This document shows positions 17,942 through 26,192 of a stretch of DNA of 64,000 nucleotides, piece by piece. The stretch is from an uncultured Clostridia bacterium. Its GTDB lineage: Bacteria > Bacillota > Clostridia > Christensenellales > CAG-917. Position numbers and translations under genes: made by a program. The DNA lies in assembly GCA_949283145.1 (NCBI GenBank), contig CASDRL010000036.1:9817-73816 (forward strand). The letters are read 5' to 3'. The notes under the pieces are model-generated. The model did not search any database and was not told the origin of the DNA. It saw only the letters and a program-made list of their open reading frames with translations. Position 1 is the stretch's first letter. Every line of letters begins with the position of its first letter.

Positions 17942-17962
17942 CAAATCCGGTTAGCAGCTCCA
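17942..17962 (+). repeat. 21-bp direct repeat of the tRNA-Thr 3' end (T-loop to CCA)
   Basis: CAAATCCGGTTAGCAGCTCCA is identical at 17440-17460 and 17942-17962. Confidence 0.9.
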
Positions 17963-18040
17963 GAAAACCCGCTCGGAAACGAGGGGTGGGATCGCTGAAA
18001 TAGAGTGTGCCGATCAAACCGTAAAATTGTAGATATTTGA

Positions 18041-18080
18041 AAATGAAAAGAGGGCGGGACGGTGAACCGTCCTGCCCTGC
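18041..18080 (-). terminator. intrinsic terminator after the small-ORF pair
   Basis: Reverse strand GGGCAGGACGG-ttca-CCGTCCCGCCC followed by TCTTTTCATTTTC. Confidence 0.6.
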
Positions 18081-18113
18081 TTGCGGCGACATTGTGCCGG
18101 AACGATGCCTGCG

Positions 18114-18290
18114 TTACTCCCCGAGGACGCGTTCGAGATATTCCCGCGCGTCGTCAAATGAGGGGAATGTTTTCTCCCCTTCCCCTGCGTCCACGCGGAC
18201 GGGATAGTGTTCGAAAGCGAGCTCCGAGAGCACGGCGGCGAGGTCTCCGCCGACGGGCCTGCCGTTCAGCGTCACGCTCTTCTCAGACAT
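18114..18290 (-). CDS. hypothetical 58-aa protein (below track threshold), translationally coupled to the upstream small membrane protein
   Basis: ATG 18290 overlaps the upstream stop (ATGTCTGA). Reads MSEKSVTLNGRPVGGDLAAVLSELAFEHYPVRVDAGEGEKTFPSFDDAREYLERVLGE, stop TAA 18116-18114. Confidence 0.35.
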   Translation of the reverse strand: MSEKSVTLNGRPVGGDLAAVLSELAFEHYPVRVDAGEGEKTFPSFDDAREYLERVLGE

Positions 18291-18504
18291 CGAGCAGTCT
18301 CCAGATGGATTTCTTGGTGATCATCATGACGAGGTCGACCAGCCAGATGAGCCATCCGCCGAAGATCCTGATGACGCCCGCGACGATCTTGCCCTCCGAG
18401 AACCTGACGATCACGCCGAGGATCCACGCCGTGAACGGGATGATCGCGAGAATGAGACTGACGATGTAAGACAGTCCGAAATAGTCACTCTTTGCCTTTG
18501 CCAT
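18283..18504 (-). CDS. small integral membrane protein (two TM helices), unknown function
   Basis: 73 aa, GGAGG RBS; MAKAKSDYFGLSYIVSLILAIIPFTAWILGVIVRFSEGKIVAGVIRIFGGWLIWLVDLVMMI. Confidence 0.6.
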   Translation of the reverse strand: MAKAKSDYFGLSYIVSLILAIIPFTAWILGVIVRFSEGKIVAGVIRIFGGWLIWLVDLVMMITKKSIWRLLDV

Positions 18505-18610
18505 AAAAACCTCCGTATTTTAAGACGCCGATCGGCGCCCGCATATCTCAGCATATTCGGCGAAGGACGAAAATATCCTCCGCCGAACGCCTGACAATGT
18601 CATTCTTCCT

Positions 18611-20029
18611 TCAGCCTTTCACCACGGGATTGCGGGCTGCGGCTGCCTCATCGGGACGGCGCACGGGCGTGGAATGCGGTGCGGAATGCAGCGCTTCGGG
18701 GTCCGTATACGCGAGCTCGATGATCTCTTTGAGCGCGTCTGCGGCAGCGTCGAGAGTCTCCTTGCTGACCGTCTCGGTGGGCTCGAACATGAGCGCGTCC
18801 TCGACGATGAGCGGGAAATACATGGTGGGCGGATGGATGCCGCGGTCGATGAGCGCCTTTGCCACATCCGCCGCGGTCACGCCCGTCTCGTCGCGCAGTT
18901 TGCGCATGGAGAGGACGAACTCGTGCATGCACCTGCCCTCGCCGACGGGATAGAAATAGCTGATCTTCTCACGCAGATAATTCGCGTTGAGCACCGCCGT
19001 CTCCGATGCTTCTCTGAGCCCTTTGCCGCCGAGCGCGACTATATAGGCGAGCGCTTTGACATACACGCCGAAATTGCCGTAAAACGCGCTGACTCTGCCC
19101 ACAGACCAGTCGCTCCTGCCGAAACGGAAGCCCTTTTCCGTGCGCACGACCTTGGGGTCGGGAAGGAACGCGGCAAGCTCCGCTTTGCAGCACACGGGAC
19201 CGGAACCGGGACCGCCGCCGCCGTGGGGCGCCGAAAATGTCTTGTGCAGATTGAGGTGCACGAGGTCGAAGCCCATGTCGCCCGGGCGCACCACGCCCAT
19301 GACCGCATTGAGATTCGCGCCGTCGTAGTACATAAGAGCGCCCGCCTCGTGGATGATGTCCGCGATCTCGAGCACGCGCTTTTCGAACTTGCCGAGTGTG
19401 TTGGGGTTGGTGAGCATGAACGCCGCGGTATCCTCGCCCGCTTTGAGGCGGAGATCCGCAAGATCCACACAGCCGTCCGCGCCCGAACGCACCGTGACCA
19501 CCTCGAAGCCCGCCATCGCTGCGGACGCCGGGTTGGTGCCGTGGGCGCTGTCCGGGATGAGCACTTTGGTGCGCGCGTCGTCCCCGCGGGAGAGGTGATA
19601 TTTCTTGACCATGAGCATCGCCGTGAACTCGCCGTGAGCGCCAGCACAGGGCTGGAGCGTAACGGCGTCCATGCCGGTTATCCCCGCAAGATAGGCACTT
19701 AACGTATCAATAACGGCAAGACAACCCTGCATTTTGTCAGCGCGCGCCAACGGATGCGCATCTCTGAACCCGGGCAAAGCCGCGATCTCGTCGTTGAGTT
19801 TCGGGTTGTACTTCATGGTGCAGGAGCCGAGAGGATAGAACCCGTCGTCCACGCCGAACGTGCGCTTTGAGAGCGCGGTGTAATGCGCGACGACTTCGGG
19901 CTCCGAGAGCTCCGGCAGAGCAAGATCCGCACGCAGGCGATCCGCGTCATAGACATAGGCTTCCACTTCGAGAGGGGACGCCTGCACTCCGATCCTTCCT
20001 TTCACCGATTTCTCGAAAACAGTTTTCAT
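18611..20029 (-). CDS. gcvPB: glycine dehydrogenase (aminomethyl-transferring) subunit 2
   Basis: 472 aa; PLP-lysine region NLHKTFSAPHGGGGPG; 4-nt overlap with gcvPA. Confidence 0.95.
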   Translation of the reverse strand: MKTVFEKSVKGRIGVQASPLEVEAYVYDADRLRADLALPELSEPEVVAHYTALSKRTFGVDDGFYPLGSCTMKYNPKLNDEIAALPGFRDAHPLARADKMQGCLAVIDTLSAYLAGITGMDAVTLQPCAGAHGEFTAMLMVKKYHLSRGDDARTKVLIPDSAHGTNPASAAMAGFEVVTVRSGADGCVDLADLRLKAGEDTAAFMLTNPNTLGKFEKRVLEIADIIHEAGALMYYDGANLNAVMGVVRPGDMGFDLVHLNLHKTFSAPHGGGGPGSGPVCCKAELAAFLPDPKVVRTEKGFRFGRSDWSVGRVSAFYGNFGVYVKALAYIVALGGKGLREASETAVLNANYLREKISYFYPVGEGRCMHEFVLSMRKLRDETGVTAADVAKALIDRGIHPPTMYFPLIVEDALMFEPTETVSKETLDAAADALKEIIELAYTDPEALHSAPHSTPVRRPDEAAAARNPVVKG

Positions 20030-21318
20030 ATCGTCTCCTCCACGATCTTCACGACCTCATCCATATCCGCCTTGGAATTGAGCTCCGTGCAGCACCAAAG
20101 GATGCGGTGCTCGTCAAGAGGAAGTCCGCCGAGGATGCCCTTCTTTTCGAGCGCCGCCGCCACAGCGGAAGCCTTGCCCGGCGTGATGGTGACAAACTCG
20201 TGGAAGAACTCTTCCTCATAGAACAGCTTCGCGCCGACGCGGGAGAGCTCTCGGGCGAGATAATGCGCATTCGACGCGCACTTCAACGCGACGTCCCTGA
20301 GTCCCTGCGGTCCCATGAGAGAGAGATAGACCGCCGCAGTCAGCGCGCAGTGCGCTTGGTTGGAACAGATGTTGGAAGTTGCCTTTTCGCGGCGGATGTG
20401 CTGCTCTCTGGTCTGCAGAGTGAGCACAAATGCGCGTCTGCCGTCCGCGTCCGTTGTCTCGCCGACGATCCTGCCCGGGAGTTTGCGCATAAACTCCTTC
20501 TTTGCCGTCATATATCCGAGATACGGTCCGCCGAAACTCAGCGGCATGCCGAACGGCTGCGCGTCGCCGACCACGACGTCCGCGCCGAGATCGCCGGGCG
20601 CTTTGAAGAGCGCGAGAGAGAGCGGATTGCACCCGACCACCACCTTCGCGCCGCTCGCTTTCGCCGAAGCGGAGACCGCGGCGATATCCTCGAGGATGCC
20701 GTAGTAGTTGGGAGACTCCAAATAGACGACGCCTGGATCGGCATCGTCGCCGAGCCGCGCGGCTCCGAGGACGGCGGGCAGCACCTCAAAAGCGATACCT
20801 CTCGCCCCGAGATAAGTTGCGATGACATCCAGCGTATCGGGATTGATATTGTCGAAGGTGACGACTTTTTTCTTCTTGTCGGCGCACATCACGCACGCCT
20901 CGGCAGCCGCCGTCGCGCCGGAATAGTGAGACGCGGTTGCGACGTCCATGCCCGTGAGAGAACACATCATGGTCTGGAACTCGAAAGTCGCCTGCAATAT
21001 CCCCTGCGAGATCTCCGGCTGATAGGGAGTGTAAGCCGTCACAAACTCCTCGCGCGAAGTTACGCTCTTCACTGCCGCGGGGATGTAATGACGGTAGCTC
21101 CCCGCGCCGCGGAACACACTGCGGTAGACCGCGTTCCTGCCCGCGAGCTCCGCAAACGCCTCGTAGGTCTCCTGCTGCGACTTCCCGTCCGCCAGCGCGA
21201 ACTTTTTGCCGCGCAGCTCTTTGGGAAGATCGGCATACAGGTCACGGACGGACGCCGCGCCGAGAAGCCCGAGCATCTCTTTGCGCTCGGCTTCGGAGAC
21301 GGAAAGATAATCTGCCAT
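20026..21318 (-). CDS. gcvPA: glycine dehydrogenase (aminomethyl-transferring) subunit 1
   Basis: 430 aa; FRGAGSYRHYIPAAV and TPYQPEISQG motifs; operon context. Confidence 0.95.
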   Translation of the reverse strand: MADYLSVSEAERKEMLGLLGAASVRDLYADLPKELRGKKFALADGKSQQETYEAFAELAGRNAVYRSVFRGAGSYRHYIPAAVKSVTSREEFVTAYTPYQPEISQGILQATFEFQTMMCSLTGMDVATASHYSGATAAAEACVMCADKKKKVVTFDNINPDTLDVIATYLGARGIAFEVLPAVLGAARLGDDADPGVVYLESPNYYGILEDIAAVSASAKASGAKVVVGCNPLSLALFKAPGDLGADVVVGDAQPFGMPLSFGGPYLGYMTAKKEFMRKLPGRIVGETTDADGRRAFVLTLQTREQHIRREKATSNICSNQAHCALTAAVYLSLMGPQGLRDVALKCASNAHYLARELSRVGAKLFYEEEFFHEFVTITPGKASAVAAALEKKGILGGLPLDEHRILWCCTELNSKADMDEVVKIVEETI

Positions 21319-21321
21319 GGC

Positions 21322-21663
21322 TCACCCCAAAAATGCCGTATACTCGGCATCGCTCATCAGATCCTCCTGAAGAACGTACGGCGCGACCGCAAAGATCCAG
21401 CTCTCGCCCGCCTTTTCGGGAGCGTCGGCAAGCTCTTCGTTGACCTCCGCTACGGTGCCGCTTGCGGGGGAATTGACTTCCGCGACCGCTTTGACGGACT
21501 CCAGCTCGCAAGCGGGCTCGCCCGCCGTCACCGCGGCTCCTGCTTCGGGAAGATCGACATATACGACCTCTCCCAGTTCCTCCGCGGCATGCCCGCTGAT
21601 GCCGACATAAGCCTTGCCGTCGCGGATCTCCACCCATTCGTGTGTACGTGTGTACTGTTTCAT
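21322..21663 (-). CDS. gcvH: glycine cleavage system H protein
   Basis: Start MKQYTRTHEWVE at 21663 with AAGGAG RBS (track start 21759 is an Arg-rich extension). Lipoyl-lysine motif ELESVKAVAEV. Confidence 0.9.
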   Translation of the reverse strand: MKQYTRTHEWVEIRDGKAYVGISGHAAEELGEVVYVDLPEAGAAVTAGEPACELESVKAVAEVNSPASGTVAEVNEELADAPEKAGESWIFAVAPYVLQEDLMSDAEYTAFLG

Positions 21664-21769
21664 GACTTTCTTCTCCTTATTATGCCGGCGGCATGCGCCG
21701 CGGTATATTCTTGTCTCCATCTGCCGCGGACGCCTGCGTCCGCGCTCCTCCGGGCTCACCGCCCGAAAT

Positions 21770-22834
21770 TCATTTCTTCTTCACGAAAGGGAGCTCCGCC
21801 CTCTCCAAAGGTATGCGCCTGCCCCTGACGTCCGCGGCAAGCTCTCCCGCAGTCCCCTTTTTTATGCGCAGCATGGCGATGCCGCAGCCCAGCGTGGGAG
21901 AATGCGTGCCCGAGGTGGAAACGCCCACCTTCTCTCCGTCCGCGTAAATGTCACAATGTTCGCGCACTATGCCGCGCCCCGCGACCCGCGCTCCTATGCG
22001 TTCGTATTCGGGGACGTGCGCGAGGATGGCATCCCGACCGAGGAAACTCTCCTTTCCCGTCTTGACGGCAAAATCCAGCCCCACCTCGTTCACGGGTATA
22101 TCGTCGGAAAGCTCGTGCCCGTAAAGAGGCATGCCCGCTTCCAGACGAAGAGTATCGCGCGCGCCGAGACCACAGGGGATGAGCCCGAAAGCCGCACCCG
22201 CTGACAGCACGGCGTCATACACCGCGGCGATGTCGTCGTTTGCGCAATACACCTCGAAACCGTCCTCGCCGGTGTATCCCGTGCGGGAGACCAGAGTGTC
22301 CGCGCCCGCGATGCTCACGTGCTGCGTAAAGGTATAATATTTGGCGGGAAGTCCTCCGCTCCCGACGACCGCGCGCATGATCTCCTCCGAACGAGGGCCC
22401 TGCACCGCGATCTGCGACACGCTCTCCGAAACGTCCTCAAAATCGCATCCGGAAAGGTGCGCCCTGACGTGCGCCGCATCCTTTTCCACATTGGCGCCGT
22501 TGACCACGACGAGGTACTTTTCCGCATTCACCCGATAGACGAGCACGTCGTCCACCGCGCCGCCTCTCTCATTGGGGAGAATGGAATATCTTACCCTGCC
22601 GTCCGCCATGCCGCGGATGTCGTTGGTGAGAAGTGCGTTGAGCGCCCCTTCCGCGCCCGCTCCGGTGAAGAGGAACTCCCCCATGTGCGAGACATCGAAA
22701 ACACCCGCCGCCTCTCTGACCGCGCGATGTTCTTCGAGGATGCCGGAATACTGCACGGGCAGCTCATAGCCCGCAAATTCGACCATCCTGCCGCCGAGCG
22801 CCAAATGCTTTTCGTAAAGTGCCGTTCTTTTCAT
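21770..22834 (-). CDS. gcvT: glycine cleavage system aminomethyltransferase T
   Basis: Start MKRTALYEKHLALGGRMVEFAGYELPVQY at 22834 with GAGGAGGG RBS; typical GcvT N-terminus. Confidence 0.95.
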   Translation of the reverse strand: MKRTALYEKHLALGGRMVEFAGYELPVQYSGILEEHRAVREAAGVFDVSHMGEFLFTGAGAEGALNALLTNDIRGMADGRVRYSILPNERGGAVDDVLVYRVNAEKYLVVVNGANVEKDAAHVRAHLSGCDFEDVSESVSQIAVQGPRSEEIMRAVVGSGGLPAKYYTFTQHVSIAGADTLVSRTGYTGEDGFEVYCANDDIAAVYDAVLSAGAAFGLIPCGLGARDTLRLEAGMPLYGHELSDDIPVNEVGLDFAVKTGKESFLGRDAILAHVPEYERIGARVAGRGIVREHCDIYADGEKVGVSTSGTHSPTLGCGIAMLRIKKGTAGELAADVRGRRIPLERAELPFVKKK

Positions 22835-22842
22835 AACCCTCC

Positions 22843-24165
22843 TCAACGCTTGTGCGTCGCAAGTCCGAAGACGTCTTCACACGCCTCCGCAACGCTTTCC
22901 GAGAGCGTGGGATGCGCGTGTATGACGGCGGCGACTTCCTCCGCGGTCATACCTTTGCTCACCGCGAGCGAAAGCTCTCCGGAAAGTTCCGTCACGCCGT
23001 CGCCGAGCGCCTCTGCGCCTATAATAGCGCCTTTATCATCGCAATATATCTTGATGAACCCTCTGTTAGAGCCGTTGGCAAGATTCCTGCCGTTGGCGCC
23101 GAGCAGGAATTTCCCCGTCTGCGCAGCCTCTTCCGTGCGTCCCACCGAGACGACTTCCGGCGAAGTATAGACCAATGACGGCACGGTGACAAGGTCGATG
23201 TCCGTAGGTTTGCCCGCCATGTGCGCGACCGCTTTCAGCGCGCACTGAGAAGCGTAATGCGCAAGCTGTATGCCGCCCGTCACGTCCCCCGCCGCGTAAA
23301 CTCCGGGGACAAGGGTCATCATGTTTTCGTCCGTGAATATCGGGGTCTCCGGGAGACCTATCGCGGGGAGACCTATCCCTTCTACGTTCGCGCGTCTGCC
23401 CGTTGCAGCGACGACCGCCCCGCCTTCCGCGCGATGCTCCGTGCCGCCGCATTCGTACACCGCAAAGTCCTTGCCTATCTCCGTCACACGGGCGGATGTG
23501 ACGATCTTCACCCCCCTGCGCTTCAATGCGGAAGCGAGCTGCACCGAGAGTTCTTTGCCGAAAAACGGCAGCACTCTCTCGGCATATTCCAGCACCGTCA
23601 CTCCCCTGCCGCAGTCCGCAAAATAGCACGCGAGTTCCATGCCGATGACTCCGCCGCCCACAATGACGACGTCGCCCGCGGGAAGAGGCGCGGAGAGCAC
23701 TCCGTCCGATGTCAGCGCGTTTTCCGCCCCCTTGACGGGGAGCACCGCGGGACGGGAACCCGTGGCGACGAGAAGATTTTTGCCTTCTATGCGCTCGCCG
23801 TCCGCGATGACCGTATGTACGTCCGCGATGACGCCGCGCGCCTTTATCACTTTCACGCCGAGGGACGCGAGCAGTTTCTCCACGCCGCCGCGCAGGGACG
23901 CGACCACCCCGTCCTTGCGTGCGTAAGCAGCCCTTTCGTCGAAGGTCACGTTCTCAGCTCTCACTCCGCACTCCGCCCAGCCCGCGCGGGAGGCGAAAAG
24001 CGCGGAAGAATGCAACAGGCATTTGGTGGGGATGCACCCTCTGTTGAGGCAGGTGCCGCCCACTTCGCCGCCCTCTATGAGCGCAACGCTCATGCCGAGT
24101 TTCGCGGCGCGGATCGCCCCGGTATATCCGGCGGGACCTCCGCCCAACACGATGAGGTCAAACAT
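22843..24165 (-). CDS. lpdA: dihydrolipoyl dehydrogenase (L protein)
   Basis: 440 aa; FAD motif VLGGGPAGY, redox disulfide GGTCLNRGCIPTK, C-terminal HAHPTLSE. Confidence 0.9.
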   Translation of the reverse strand: MFDLIVLGGGPAGYTGAIRAAKLGMSVALIEGGEVGGTCLNRGCIPTKCLLHSSALFASRAGWAECGVRAENVTFDERAAYARKDGVVASLRGGVEKLLASLGVKVIKARGVIADVHTVIADGERIEGKNLLVATGSRPAVLPVKGAENALTSDGVLSAPLPAGDVVIVGGGVIGMELACYFADCGRGVTVLEYAERVLPFFGKELSVQLASALKRRGVKIVTSARVTEIGKDFAVYECGGTEHRAEGGAVVAATGRRANVEGIGLPAIGLPETPIFTDENMMTLVPGVYAAGDVTGGIQLAHYASQCALKAVAHMAGKPTDIDLVTVPSLVYTSPEVVSVGRTEEAAQTGKFLLGANGRNLANGSNRGFIKIYCDDKGAIIGAEALGDGVTELSGELSLAVSKGMTAEEVAAVIHAHPTLSESVAEACEDVFGLATHKR

Positions 24166-25135
24166 CTCCGTCCTCCGTGATCAGCGCGCGGAGCCTTTCC
24201 GTCTCCGTGCGGATATCATTTTGCGTATCGTTGTCAAACGCCGAGAGCTCCGCTTCTCCGCCCTCAAGCAGCACGCGCACCGCCTCGACGGCGTCCGCGT
24301 CCATACCATCCGAAAAGAGAGCGACCTCTCCGCCATCGCCCGTGCGCACCACCGCGCGCCTGCCGAAGAGCGTGGTCTCGAAGCGCGTCGTATAGCGCGC
24401 CTTTTTGCCGTAACGCCATTCGTCGGCGGAGAAAAACCCCGTCCACTTCATCACGCTCGCGGCGCCGAGAGATACGGGCTGCACCTCTTGCAGCGCGGCC
24501 TCCGGCGCACTCTGCCGCCACGCGTCAAAGAGCGCCTTTTCCGCCCTCTCGACGGTGATGCCGTCCGCGATGTCGCAAAGGGGCGCCACTCTCGACGAGA
24601 CGCTCTTCACGCCGTTTACGGAGAGTTTCCCCTCCGGCGGCGTCAGGAAGCGCTCCACCCTCGCGGGATCGGTCGAGATGAGCAAAGTGCCGTGGTGGAG
24701 CATGGTCCCGCCGCGGCGGAGATATGCGTTGCCGCCGAACTTCGCGCCCGCGGCGATGAGATCGTTCCTGCCGCTGAGTTCCGCCTTGATGCCGAGCGCG
24801 GAAAGAGCGGAGAGCACAGTCCGGAAATTTGCCTCTTTTTCGAACTCTCCCTCTCTTCCGATGAATGTGAAATTGAGGTTGCCGCCGTCATGGAAGACCG
24901 CGCCACCTCCCGAGAGCCTGCGCGCGAGCACTCCGCCCGCGGCTTCGAGGGCGTCCACCCTGCACTCCGCAAAAGCGTCCTGGTTGCGTCCGAGCACCAC
25001 GGCGTCCGCATTGCGCCAAAGATAGAGCGCCGCTTCGCCGTCGCGCACCCTTTCGAGGAGCGCGGCTTCTATCGCCTGATTGACAAGCACGTTGTCGCCC
25101 GCACTTCGGGCGAACAGTAAAGTTCGGACCGCCAT
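24158..25135 (-). CDS. lplA: lipoate-protein ligase A
   Basis: 325 aa; RRLSGGGAVFHDGGNLNF motif; 8-nt overlap with lpdA; first gene of the gcv operon. Confidence 0.85.
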   Translation of the reverse strand: MAVRTLLFARSAGDNVLVNQAIEAALLERVRDGEAALYLWRNADAVVLGRNQDAFAECRVDALEAAGGVLARRLSGGGAVFHDGGNLNFTFIGREGEFEKEANFRTVLSALSALGIKAELSGRNDLIAAGAKFGGNAYLRRGGTMLHHGTLLISTDPARVERFLTPPEGKLSVNGVKSVSSRVAPLCDIADGITVERAEKALFDAWRQSAPEAALQEVQPVSLGAASVMKWTGFFSADEWRYGKKARYTTRFETTLFGRRAVVRTGDGGEVALFSDGMDADAVEAVRVLLEGGEAELSAFDNDTQNDIRTETERLRALITEDGDV

Positions 25136-25331
25136 GACAACAGTATATAACTTTTATGATATATAATCAAGAGCAGAAGAAAAGAAATCGACACCTGTCC
25201 CCGATTTTTTGAAAACGATCCGCCATCCTGCCCCGCGGCGCACACACCGCTCCGGAAAAACCGCCGTGCGCATAGAGCGGCATTCTCCCGTGCCCGTCTT
25301 CCGTCGGGACGGCGCGCATTCTTTCTTGACA

Positions 25332-25355
25332 TAAAAAAGAGGGCGTCCGCCCTCT
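25332..25355 (-). terminator. intrinsic terminator after the DUF1538/PII operon
   Basis: Reverse strand GAGGGC-ggac-GCCCTC followed by TTTTTTAT. Confidence 0.7.
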
Positions 25356-25500
25356 TCCGCACTTTTTGTGCAACGTACGGTATCGAAAGATCCTGCACAT
25401 ATCGGATGTTTACACCGCGGATCCGACGGTCAAACACCCGTTTTTTGCAAAAATATGCCGTTAGCCCGCGCAGCGGAATACCTCCACCCCGAAAGGCGGG

Positions 25501-25833
25501 TCACTCCTCTTCTCCGCGCTCGTCTATGCCCATCGTGACGCCGAGGACGCTGTCAACGGGCAGGGTGAAACAGATGCCCGCACCCGCGGTGTTAAGCCCC
25601 GCTTTCTCCACGACGGCGCGCATGATGTCGTTGCACTTCCCTTCGGGAGAGAGGATGAGCAGGATCTCCTTCTCCGGCTGCACGGCGATGCCGAAAGCCT
25701 TCTCCGCTTCGTGCGCGCCCGCGCCCCTCGCGTTGACGAGAGTGCCGCCCGTAGCGCCCGCGTTTCTCGCCGCGTCCATGGCGGCGGTCTCGAAGCCTCT
25801 GTTGACGATGCCGACGATCAGTCTGTAACTCAT
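25501..25833 (-). CDS. PII-like (GlnB-fold) small signalling protein, paralogue 2
   Basis: 110 aa; MSYRLIVGIVNRGFETAAMDAARNAGATGGTLVNARGAG...; ATGA overlap with the upstream PII-like gene. Confidence 0.75.
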   Translation of the reverse strand: MSYRLIVGIVNRGFETAAMDAARNAGATGGTLVNARGAGAHEAEKAFGIAVQPEKEILLILSPEGKCNDIMRAVVEKAGLNTAGAGICFTLPVDSVLGVTMGIDERGEEE

Positions 25834-26186
25834 TTCTTCACCTCCCCGCTCACAGAGTCCAGCCCCGCGAGCAATGCGAGCGCCGCAGGCCCGCTCACGC
25901 TCTTTACGGGCACAGTGAACGCGATGCCCGTGTTCTTTTCCTCAAAGCGGAATTTCTCTTTCATCAGATCGTAGACGACGGGGATCTCCTCCTCTTTCGC
26001 CGTCCCCCAGATCATCACCTTCTCCGTCTCGCCCGTGCCCAGGATGTCCGTGAGCGCGGTGGGAGCGGTGCCCGTCCCGGGCATGGCGTGCAGGTGTCTC
26101 AGCCCTTTTTCTTCGAGGGCGCGGAGCACCTTTTCGGCTTTTGCCTTGTCAACTATAACAAAGACGAGTTTGAGCTGCATATCCAC
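25830..26186 (-). CDS. PII-like (GlnB-fold) small signalling protein, paralogue 1
   Basis: 118 aa; LKLVFVIVDKAKAEKVLRALEEKGLRHLHAMPGTGT...; 6 nt after the DUF1538-like gene. Confidence 0.75.
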   Translation of the reverse strand: MDMQLKLVFVIVDKAKAEKVLRALEEKGLRHLHAMPGTGTAPTALTDILGTGETEKVMIWGTAKEEEIPVVYDLMKEKFRFEEKNTGIAFTVPVKSVSGPAALALLAGLDSVSGEVKK

Positions 26187-26192
26187 CTCCCG

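Noticed and set aside
17461-18113. Prophage or integrative island at tRNA-Thr (and likewise downstream of ssrA)
   Set aside because: No integrase, excisionase, phage or conjugation genes exist between or beside the direct repeats. Only small ORF-free repeat DNA is present, so I report scars or miniature elements rather than an island.
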